Positions 1 through 8,240 of a DNA stretch of 64,000 nt are shown here, one piece after another. The stretch is from an uncultured Methanosarcinales archaeon (GTDB taxonomy: Archaea; Nanobdellota; Nanobdellia; Woesearchaeales; GW2011-AR15). Positions within the stretch are counted from its first letter, which is position 1. The number at the start of each line of letters is the position of its first letter. Both the position numbers and the translations under genes were made by a program. The stretch spans positions 93,100 to 157,099 of the forward strand of contig CAZHYZ010000001.1 in NCBI GenBank assembly GCA_964537195.1, given 5' to 3'. Below the pieces are notes generated by a model, which had not been told where the DNA came from, did no database searches, and was given only the letters and a program-made list of their open reading frames with translations.

Positions 1-1153
1 TCTCTTCAGGTTCTTCATACCTTTCTTTGATTTCCTCTTCGTTTTCTTGTTCAGTAGTATCTATTGATTCTTCAGATTGTAATTCTTCTTCAACTTCTTC
101 CGTTCTTTCAATTTCTCCCTGTTTTTCACTTAATGGAGTTTCTTTGGGTTCAGGACTTTTTTCTTGTTCTTTTTTCAGTTCTTCTTTCAATCTTTTACTT
201 TCTTCTTCAGGCTCAGGATCTCTAACCACAAGATTGGGAACAAATTCAATTCTGTCGAACATCTCATTTTTGTTTGTCCTTCCTTGAAACTTAACAATCT
301 TGCCAAGAAGATCATTCTTAATTTCTTCAAAATCCCCATCTTTTTTTTCTACTATCTCTTCGTGGTCCATATCAAATAGTTTTTGTGTTTGGTTTCTCCA
401 TAAAACAACACGGATATTATCAGAACCATCATCTAAAAACAAATTTGTAACATAAGAATAAGTAATTTCGTCAAGTTTTTTGTCATCAACATAATAGTCA
501 CCGTCTTTCATAATTGCCTTTTTTCCAGTATCTGGGTCTGCTTCCCAAAACCTAGGATCAAACACTTGTACAATTGTACCCAAAATCTCAACATTTGACT
601 CGTTTTCATTTAGGTCCTTAATCTTCTTTCTTTCAATAGTTATTTCCTTGACATCTATGTCTGGAGCATCCTCAGGGTTTAAGATTACTTTTGTCTTATT
701 ACCCAGATGGACTTCCATCCTTCCTCTATTTTCTCTGGCATATCCGTTTTCTATTCTTATTACCATATCTTGAGCTAATTTGTTTAGAATGTCTGCTTTA
801 TCATTCCAGGCTACAATTCTTATAACTCCTGTATTATCTCCAAGAAGAAAATTACCAACTTTGCCTTTTCTTTTTTCAGTTTCAAAATTTCTTACTTCAT
901 AAACTCTGACTACTTTACCAGTTAGTTCAACATTACGCATACCGGCCATGACGTTCTTTATATCCAATTTTCCAGATTCTTCAAATAACTTGACACCTAG
1001 TTCATTTGCTATTATGTGTAATGCTCCTTCTTCACTTATTAAACCTGAAAGTTGATCTAATTTGTCTTTAATCCTGCTTTGTATTTCCTTATCAGAAAGT
1101 CCAGATTTATCCTTTATCTTCTCTATTATAATGTCTTTTGGAACCTTAATCAT
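1..1153 (-). CDS. rpa: Replication protein A (OB-fold ssDNA-binding protein), 3' end runs off the window
   Basis: Not in ORF track. Manual translation from ATG at 1153: MIKVPKDIIIEKIKDKSGLSDKEIQSRIKDKLDQLSGLISEEGALHIIANELGV, then OB-fold motifs (GKVGNFLLGDNTGVIRIVAWND; LFLDDGSDNIRVVLWR) and an acidic tail. Confidence 0.85.
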   Translation of the reverse strand, partial: MIKVPKDIIIEKIKDKSGLSDKEIQSRIKDKLDQLSGLISEEGALHIIANELGVKLFEESGKLDIKNVMAGMRNVELTGKVVRVYEVRNFETEKRKGKVGNFLLGDNTGVIRIVAWNDKADILNKLAQDMVIRIENGYARENRGRMEVHLGNKTKVILNPEDAPDIDVKEITIERKKIKDLNENESNVEILGTIVQVFDPRFWEADPDTGKKAIMKDGDYYVDDKKLDEITYSYVTNLFLDDGSDNIRVVLWRNQTQKLFDMDHEEIVEKKDGDFEEIKNDLLGKIVKFQGRTNKNEMFDRIEFVPNLVVRDPEPEEESKRLKEELKKEQEKSPEPKETPLSEKQGEIERTEEVEEELQSEESIDTTEQENEEEIKERYEEPEE

Positions 1154-1243
1154 TAATTACCCCCAACTAATAAGAAAGCTAAGTTATATATAAAAGTTAT
1201 TTATCAAAAAATTATTTAAACCTTAATATAAATATTAGATTAA

Positions 1244-1699
1244 ATGAACAAAAAAGCACAAGCCACTTCCTGGTCACTTAAAGAAATTTTTACTTTGTTT
1301 CTTAGAATAATGGCTGTTATTGTTCTTGTTGCATTTATTGCAGGAATTGTATCAATATTTACAAAACCAAAGATGTTGGGAAATGCTTATCAAGATTTGG
1401 AGAGAGTAGCAGGGGAAATACAAGATCTTGAAGAGGGTGAATCAATTATTGTTCCAACACTCTCAGTTGGTTATTCTGTAATGATTCGTACATCTGAAGT
1501 TGCCGAAAGTCTTAGACTTCCATGTAAAACAAAAGAAGCAGATTATTGTGCTTGTTTACTAGATAAGGATGAGAATATATTAACTTGTAAAGAAATTGTG
1601 ACTGAAGCAGATATTTCTAATATTGATTTTAATTTAAGATCTGGCGAAACAATTGTTGTTGAACACACAAACGATAGAATAACAATTGGACGAGCATAA
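1244..1699 (+). CDS. Pilin-like protein with class III (prepilin-type) signal peptide
   Basis: MNKKAQ followed by a hydrophobic helix (LFLRIMAVIVLVAFIAGIVSIF); Cys pairs in the C-terminal domain. Confidence 0.7.
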   Translation: MNKKAQATSWSLKEIFTLFLRIMAVIVLVAFIAGIVSIFTKPKMLGNAYQDLERVAGEIQDLEEGESIIVPTLSVGYSVMIRTSEVAESLRLPCKTKEADYCACLLDKDENILTCKEIVTEADISNIDFNLRSGETIVVEHTNDRITIGRA

Positions 1700-1702
1700 T
1701 TT

Positions 1703-4700
1703 TTATGTTACACCACTTGCAACTTCTCCATTACCCAATAAACAACCTTTCTGATTCATTTCAGAATATGCTGCAGAATTACAAATAGCAGCTTTCTGTA
1801 GTAAACTTGGAGAACAACCATTACTTATCAATATTTGGGCTAGTTGTTGTGCTGTCCACTCTTTACCATTTCTTATAAATCTATAATACTTACTACCGGA
1901 GTTGTATTCAGCACCCCATTCAGAACTTATTTGACCACTGCATCCGCCCTGCATGTGTTGTAGGTTATGGGTGATTTCGTGTTTGAATAGGGTGTTTAAG
2001 GTCTCTTTGCCTGCACTTTCTAATTTATCTCTTTTACAATATATCCCTATACCATGACAACCAGAGTGGACCCAACACCAGGCATTTTTATTAATGTCGT
2101 TTGTACAATCTGTATAAAGCTTATATGTGCCCCCCATATCGGCCTTTACTTGGTTGAATATTTCCATATGTGGTCCATCATATATCTCTCCAGTGCCTGG
2201 AGAATATTCTCCTGTTGATTGTATAGTACTTGGTTCTGAATATTCCATCTCAGGGATTTCTTTTACACCCTCACTATGCATTGTAACAGCAAACCTAACA
2301 TTAACAGGAAGTTCTGAATATTTATATCTGGAATAAGCATAAACTGTTTCTCCAGTTTCAATACAGAACTTTAATGTAGAACTTTCATCATAATCATCAG
2401 GTTTTTCTATGCAAGAAGTGCCGTCCCAAATACCCCCGCCAGTATAACAATCACTTTCTATTGAGCTATATGTACAATAGTCAATATTCCAATCATCTTT
2501 TCCATTTTCATCAAGCACTTCTTGTGCACATTCTTTATATGTAACATCCAGGTCTCTGCATTTCATTTCTTGCCCATCATCTTTACATAATTTTTCTTGT
2601 CCATCTTGTCCAATACATAAGGGTTGATCAAAGTGGAATTTACATTCATAGTCATATGAATAAGTTGTTGTGGGAGTTATAAAATTATAACATTCAAGAG
2701 TCTGGCCATCATTACTGCATGATTGATAATTTCCATTAATATCTAAACAAATATCTTTAGGGAGAATTCCTTCACAAGTATAATCATAGAAAGCACAATC
2801 TAATGTTTCTGTTATTAATTCATTGCTGGCAAATGCCATGTCATTATGGATGCTTACCAGATCAACATCTGATTCTTCATTAATTTCAGGATTTATAAAA
2901 TAAAATCCAGTGCTTAATTCTTTCATTAGTTTTGATAGGGCTATTAGGTCTAGTGTTTCTGTTAACTCATCAACCGGCTTAGTAGTTGTTGATGAAGGAT
3001 CCCATTCTATATCATTTGGACAGGCATCTTGAAATTGAACTGCCGTGGTATGGAAATCTTCTACATAGCTTTGGATCGCTCTGACAATATCTTCATAGTT
3101 ATCCTCATTCTCAAATGTAGGTGCACGACAACCCCAGCCATTATATAATCTTAAAGCCATATCCCACCCACGGTATACAACATGTTTATCAGGAATACTT
3201 GAAAATTCACTATTATAACAATCATATTCTTTACTAGAACTATGACAATTATATGCATTACATTTTTCCAATAATATTTTAGCGCCACATTCAATATTAT
3301 CATTAACTTTATAGATATCTAATTTGTGACCGTCTATCTCGCTATTACCACAATCTTTTCTGCCCGTTATTTGCATTATACCAACTCCACCGTCACCAGT
3401 AACTAATACACCACCATTTCTATAATGGTCACCACCGCTTTCTTTCTCTGCTATTGTTAATAATATAGTCCCAGGTATATCATATGCATTTGCAACTTGA
3501 CATACATTTTTTTGCTGATCTGATAATTGTTCATAAGTAACCTTACCAGTAATTTGATTGTCTTGAGGTTGAGATATTAATAAAAATGCAAATGCCAATA
3601 TAACAAAAACACCCATTGTAGAGAACACAATTATTTTCTTTTTCTTTATGTAAAAGAAAGCAAAAACAATCAACAAGGTAATAACCAGAGCAACAATGGT
3701 GGGAATTACAAGATTGTTATCCTCCTTTTTATCTGGGATTTGTGATTCTTCTTTTTTCGGAGGAACATATTCATTACCTGCTTTAGTATATTCAATTATT
3801 TCTTTTTGTTCTTCCGGAAGGTATTCTGTTGGAACTTCTTTTGCCTCAAATTGATTTTTACAAGTCCCCATACAACAAGCAGAGGTATCATAGGCAGATA
3901 TACTTAATCCAAAACAGCTTTTTCCCTCTGTACAGATGTCGCCACCAGTTTCTTCACATGATTTAAATTGTTCAAAAACAACAGGTTCTTCTTCTGCTTT
4001 TGGAATGAATTCAAAACTTGTTTCAGTTATTTCATTATCTTCAAGAACATCTACTGCTCTCCCACTTATTAAGGAATTTCCCAGATTACTATCAGAACAT
4101 ACTCGTTTACCCCCTATATAATGTTTGTTCCATTCCTCTTCTTCAAGACTTTTTATTTCTACATTATTTCCCACATGTATAAATTGACAATCTCCATAAT
4201 AAATACCAACATGTGAAATTCCTTGTTTTGATGTGTTTGCAAAAAATATTAAATCTCCTTTTTGGAATTCCTCACAATTTGGAGTTATTTCTTCCCACAC
4301 ATCTAACTCTTGTGTTGGGTCATGGTCAACAACAAACCCGATATTTTCTGCTTGCCATTCTGCGTTTCTTACAGGAATTGTGAAGTCTCCATCTTTTTCT
4401 TGATTTGAATAATAATTATAGACCCACTTTGTAAATGCACTACTGTCAGTGGGACATTTCCCAGTCATTCTCACAATCTCTTCCCATTCTTCCATTATTT
4501 CTGCCCATTCATCTTCACCATAATCAGCATGATTTAAGATTATATTAGAACAATCATCAGGTTCAAGAGGTAATCTTTCTGGATCCCATTCTCCACTACC
4601 AAAAAAATAAGGAAACCCAATACCTTTCTCAGCTATCTTTACAATTGTATCCCCACAATTACTTCCTTGAATAATCTCTTGTTCTTCAGTTGGTGGATTT

Positions 4701-5383
4701 CTGAGAATAAAAGGAGATTCACTAACAACAATATCCTCTCTATTTATACAATTTTCATCTTCTACTTCCTTTATACTTCTATATGAAGTTAGGATTTCTG
4801 GAGCACTTTCATAACATTCTCCTTCTGAAACTGAGAAATATAAAGGTCCTGCATTTGTAGATCCAACACAACACTTTCCCTTAAATTCTGGCATTATCTC
4901 AATTTTTAGATGATTTCCCGGGTAGCCATATAGCATGAATCCATCACTCGTTTCAGAGAACAACATATTGTAGTCGATTGTGGGCATTCCTACGTCCTGG
5001 AATTTTTCAGTATATGTTGGAAGAATTTCTTTAATATATAATGCTAAATTTGTAGAAACAGAAGGAGCACAAGAACCTTCATCACTGTTAATCAATTTGT
5101 ATCCATAATTTTCTCCAATTCCACAACTAAGGCCATACATAAATCCAGTTATAGAACCAGTATATATTCCTTCCATTAAAACTTGTCTTGCTGAAAAGTC
5201 TATATAGTGTTGTACTATCTCTCCTTTTTCATAAGCATCCATTAGGTAGAATTGAGTTGTTCCAGTTCTTTCTTTATATTGATTGAATTTCCCCCACATA
5301 TTTACAATGGTTGTTGTTACTAGAATTATCATTACTACTACTAAAAAAAGTGAGTACTCTGTTCCCCTTTTTCTTAGTTTCAT
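1703..5383 (-). CDS. Prepilin-like multidomain cell-wall hydrolase: NlpC/P60-like + TM hairpin + lytic transglycosylase (SLT) + HExxH metallopeptidase
   Basis: N-terminus MKLRKRG/TEYSLFLVVVMIILV. NlpC motifs GFPYFFG, DSSAFTKWVY, GDLIFF, HVGIY, QFIH. SLT motifs IAEKESGG, GVGIMQI, NIECGAKIL, ALRLYNGWG. C-terminal LFKHEITHNLQ...EWGAE. Confidence 0.8.
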   Translation of the reverse strand: MKLRKRGTEYSLFLVVVMIILVTTTIVNMWGKFNQYKERTGTTQFYLMDAYEKGEIVQHYIDFSARQVLMEGIYTGSITGFMYGLSCGIGENYGYKLINSDEGSCAPSVSTNLALYIKEILPTYTEKFQDVGMPTIDYNMLFSETSDGFMLYGYPGNHLKIEIMPEFKGKCCVGSTNAGPLYFSVSEGECYESAPEILTSYRSIKEVEDENCINREDIVVSESPFILRNPPTEEQEIIQGSNCGDTIVKIAEKGIGFPYFFGSGEWDPERLPLEPDDCSNIILNHADYGEDEWAEIMEEWEEIVRMTGKCPTDSSAFTKWVYNYYSNQEKDGDFTIPVRNAEWQAENIGFVVDHDPTQELDVWEEITPNCEEFQKGDLIFFANTSKQGISHVGIYYGDCQFIHVGNNVEIKSLEEEEWNKHYIGGKRVCSDSNLGNSLISGRAVDVLEDNEITETSFEFIPKAEEEPVVFEQFKSCEETGGDICTEGKSCFGLSISAYDTSACCMGTCKNQFEAKEVPTEYLPEEQKEIIEYTKAGNEYVPPKKEESQIPDKKEDNNLVIPTIVALVITLLIVFAFFYIKKKKIIVFSTMGVFVILAFAFLLISQPQDNQITGKVTYEQLSDQQKNVCQVANAYDIPGTILLTIAEKESGGDHYRNGGVLVTGDGGVGIMQITGRKDCGNSEIDGHKLDIYKVNDNIECGAKILLEKCNAYNCHSSSKEYDCYNSEFSSIPDKHVVYRGWDMALRLYNGWGCRAPTFENEDNYEDIVRAIQSYVEDFHTTAVQFQDACPNDIEWDPSSTTTKPVDELTETLDLIALSKLMKELSTGFYFINPEINEESDVDLVSIHNDMAFASNELITETLDCAFYDYTCEGILPKDICLDINGNYQSCSNDGQTLECYNFITPTTTYSYDYECKFHFDQPLCIGQDGQEKLCKDDGQEMKCRDLDVTYKECAQEVLDENGKDDWNIDYCTYSSIESDCYTGGGIWDGTSCIEKPDDYDESSTLKFCIETGETVYAYSRYKYSELPVNVRFAVTMHSEGVKEIPEMEYSEPSTIQSTGEYSPGTGEIYDGPHMEIFNQVKADMGGTYKLYTDCTNDINKNAWCWVHSGCHGIGIYCKRDKLESAGKETLNTLFKHEITHNLQHMQGGCSGQISSEWGAEYNSGSKYYRFIRNGKEWTAQQLAQILISNGCSPSLLQKAAICNSAAYSEMNQKGCLLGNGEVASGVT

Positions 5384-5823
5384 GATTTGAATATTACCTC
5401 CAGATTCTCAATCTCTCCATTAATCATATAAGGAATTTTTGTTCTGGCATCAAGGTCTCCAATCTTCAAATCAGACATATCAACACAATTATTGTCTTCT
5501 TTAATTATGACACTTTCAAGAAACAAGGTCCAACAAACTTTTTCCCCAAATGCCTCTTCTAGAACATAATTGATTTGTGTTTTACTATCTGTAAAATCCT
5601 CTTCTAAATAGTCAGAGATTAATCTTTCTTGTAATCTTCCTTCTGGTGTTTCAGCTCTTAACAAGTTTAATAAAAACAAATCATTGTTAAGTTTATTTTT
5701 AGTTTCCTCAATCTTAAATACAGATTTCTCCATGAACCCAAGAGAAGCCATTAGAAAAATAAAAAGAAGAATAATTACAATAGTGGCAGCAACATCTACT
5801 TCCACAAAGGCTTTTTTCTTCAT
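5380..5823 (-). CDS. Pilin-like protein, class III signal peptide
   Basis: MKKKA/FVEVDVAATIVIILLFIFLM; start at 5823 gives an ATGA overlap with the upstream gene. Confidence 0.65.
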   Translation of the reverse strand: MKKKAFVEVDVAATIVIILLFIFLMASLGFMEKSVFKIEETKNKLNNDLFLLNLLRAETPEGRLQERLISDYLEEDFTDSKTQINYVLEEAFGEKVCWTLFLESVIIKEDNNCVDMSDLKIGDLDARTKIPYMINGEIENLEVIFKS

Positions 5824-6287
5824 TTTCTCCATGCCACCTCAATTAACAAATTAGCAGGAGCTAAATCTTCAGTTAATACTAAATATCTTTTTTCTATAGC
5901 TTCATAATCATCTGAGAAAGCCAGAGGGAGAATATCTTCATAATACTCTTGGTTATAGTATATCGTTGTCTCTTGGTCTTTTTGTGTAAGTACTAATCTC
6001 GCACCAAGAGGTGTTTTTGATGGGGTCATACAATTGCCTATAGAATCCTCATTAAACTTATCTGTTTCAATAATTCCAGGATAAGCTCTAGTGTTCTCGG
6101 TTTTGATAAAGCAATCAGGCGAGAATAAAAAACGCTCTGCAATTGAATAATATCTCAAATCATCTGTATCAAGACTTTCTTCTATCGTTCCATTGATAAC
6201 AAATACAAGCAACCCAATGACAACAATGGTTCCAATAATTCTGGCAATCCATAAAACATTCTCTCCAGAATCACCTCTTTTATTCAT
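5820..6287 (-). CDS. Pilin-like protein, class III signal peptide
   Basis: MNKRG/DSGENVLWIARIIGTIVVIGLLVFVI; overlaps both neighbours. Confidence 0.65.
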   Translation of the reverse strand: MNKRGDSGENVLWIARIIGTIVVIGLLVFVINGTIEESLDTDDLRYYSIAERFLFSPDCFIKTENTRAYPGIIETDKFNEDSIGNCMTPSKTPLGARLVLTQKDQETTIYYNQEYYEDILPLAFSDDYEAIEKRYLVLTEDLAPANLLIEVAWRK

Positions 6288-6774
6288 CAACTAAATCCTC
6301 CTTTGAATTATAAAACCTAATAGTATCTCCTGCTTTAATCATAGAAAGTTTTACTGGAATAACTGATTCAGGCTCATCTTTGTTTTCAAAAAAAGTGAAC
6401 AGGGGGGACATTTCATCATAATATACCTTAATGCTGGGATTTTCAATATAGGAAGATTTTGCAACACTTCCAATTATTATTCCATTCTTAGAGTTATATA
6501 CAGAAATCTCATTCTTTCTGACATCAAATGAGAAATCTTGTGTGTTCTTGTTGTAATTAAATATCAAATCATTTGGACTGGCCATTAGGGTGTCTGCTAA
6601 AATTGCTAAGTCAAGAGCAAGATAATTTTTTTCAAAATAATTTGATGTTGTTACCTGCATTATAAACATATAGACAGGTATGAATACAATAACAAAAACC
6701 ACTATGAACCTTACAATCACATTCCATGACAATGAGAAGTATTCACTACCTCTTTTTGACTTCCACAAATCCAT
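6280..6774 (-). CDS. Pilin-like protein, class III signal peptide
   Basis: Probable start MDLWKSKRG/SEYFSLSWNVIVRFIVVFVIVFIPVYMFI; first gene of the minus-strand operon. Confidence 0.65.
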   Translation of the reverse strand: MDLWKSKRGSEYFSLSWNVIVRFIVVFVIVFIPVYMFIMQVTTSNYFEKNYLALDLAILADTLMASPNDLIFNYNKNTQDFSFDVRKNEISVYNSKNGIIIGSVAKSSYIENPSIKVYYDEMSPLFTFFENKDEPESVIPVKLSMIKAGDTIRFYNSKEDLVDE

Positions 6775-6857
6775 GTCTTTTTCATAGTAAGTTTTCTTTA
6801 TATAGTTTTTTGTTAAAAACAAAACTTATTTAAATCTCAAAAAGCAGGTAAAAGTTA

Positions 6858-7013
6858 ATGTTTCCTAATATATTTAAGAAGGCTCAAACCACCACAATGG
6901 AGCCGGCCACAAGGTTGATAGGGGTTATTTTGCTTGGCGTAGTAATCTTTTTACTCATCTATTTTGCTATATCAGGAAAACTCTCACAGATACTTGTAAG
7001 TGATTTCATATGA
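6858..7013 (+). CDS. 51-aa mini-pilin (not in ORF track)
   Basis: MFPNIFKKAQ/TTTMEPATRLIGVILLGVVIFLLIYFAISGKLSQILVSDFI*; its TGA overlaps the ATG of the next gene (ATGA). Confidence 0.75.
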   Translation: MFPNIFKKAQTTTMEPATRLIGVILLGVVIFLLIYFAISGKLSQILVSDFI

Positions 7014-8104
7014 AGAAAGGATATATGACAATACATGGAATAATGGGCATTCTGTTAATATTGGTAGTATTTATGATCTTGTTTGGAGCTACCCCATTAT
7101 ATTATCAGATTATATCTAATTTTGGAGAGGACACACAATGTCAGGCAAGCTTTATAGCAAGTGCTATGACAAGGACACTTGGAAAAACAGTAATAGATCC
7201 AAAATGTCAGACAAAAAGAATAACTTTTGTTGTTGATCAGAAAGAGGAAGGGCAGACAGAAACAGGAGGAGAGAAAAAAGCCATATTGAGAGATTATTCT
7301 AGTAATTTGCCTAGTTTACCTCATGATACTGTTGCAAGAGTTGAAGCTTGGAATGATATTGTTGATGATAATCCTGAATTTTCTGATAATCTAAAATATA
7401 CTTATTATGAGGATTATGAAGATTTGACAGATAAAAAAGAACTAGAGGAAGAAGATTATATTACAATGCGTTACAACATGGATTATTTGATGGCTGATGA
7501 ACTGCAGAGATGCTGGCAGATTGTAGGTAGGGGTAACTTGCCTTTATTTGATGAGTATTGGAAGTTTATTGGGTGTCGTGATTCAGAAGGTGGCCCTGTT
7601 AGAGAGTGTAAAGATGCTGATGATTTTTGGTCTAATGTTGAAAATATTAGGGCCTGGAAAACCAGACCAACAGCAAATTTCTGTGTTTTATGTTCCAGAG
7701 TAAAATTTGATACAGAGTTACAAGAAAAATTTCACGAAGAATATGAATCTATTAATGTATGGATGAAAGTAAATCCTTATACTACTTCCTTGACCGGAGA
7801 TGTGTCTGAAAAAAGTTATTATGAATATGTTATCGATGATTCATTTAAAGGGATAGGAGCACAGCCATATTTTAGTTATACTACGGATGAGGCACAGGCA
7901 GTTGTTTTCATTAGGTATAACTGGCACAAAGGATCTCAATTTGCTGCTGGAGCAGTTCAAATTTCAGACAACATTTTAGGTAAATTGCCTTTTTATGAAG
8001 GAACCTTTGATAACCAGATTGTTCACTATTATAACAGTCTTCAAATAATACCTTATTCAGAATTATCAAATGAATGTAATTACATAGTTGGTTCATATGT
8101 TTAA
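7010..8104 (+). CDS. Pilin-like exported protein, class III signal peptide, Cys-containing
   Basis: MKKG/YMTIHGIMGILLILVVFMILFG; motifs LMADELQRCWQIVGRG and FCVLCSRVKF. Confidence 0.65.
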   Translation: MKKGYMTIHGIMGILLILVVFMILFGATPLYYQIISNFGEDTQCQASFIASAMTRTLGKTVIDPKCQTKRITFVVDQKEEGQTETGGEKKAILRDYSSNLPSLPHDTVARVEAWNDIVDDNPEFSDNLKYTYYEDYEDLTDKKELEEEDYITMRYNMDYLMADELQRCWQIVGRGNLPLFDEYWKFIGCRDSEGGPVRECKDADDFWSNVENIRAWKTRPTANFCVLCSRVKFDTELQEKFHEEYESINVWMKVNPYTTSLTGDVSEKSYYEYVIDDSFKGIGAQPYFSYTTDEAQAVVFIRYNWHKGSQFAAGAVQISDNILGKLPFYEGTFDNQIVHYYNSLQIIPYSELSNECNYIVGSYV

Positions 8105-8240
8105 AAAATCAGAAATAACACTTGAAATGGTTATAATATATATACTTGCACTACTCTTTGCTGTGGTTGTAATTGTATTAGTTGTAAGAAATAATCAGTC
8201 ATTCAGAGATTTATTATCAATGTTTTCAAGAATACTATGA
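8097..8240 (+). CDS. 47-aa mini-pilin (not in ORF track)
   Basis: MFKKS/EITLEMVIIYILALLFAVVVIVLVVRNNQSFRDLLSMFSRIL*; Glu at +5; fills the gap exactly with overlaps on both sides. Confidence 0.75.
   Translation: MFKKSEITLEMVIIYILALLFAVVVIVLVVRNNQSFRDLLSMFSRIL

Noticed and set aside
1703..5383. Prophage or conjugative-element origin for the SLT/NlpC gene
   Set aside because: No integrase, capsid, terminase, VirB4 or relaxase-like ORF nearby; neighbours are pilin-like and housekeeping genes.
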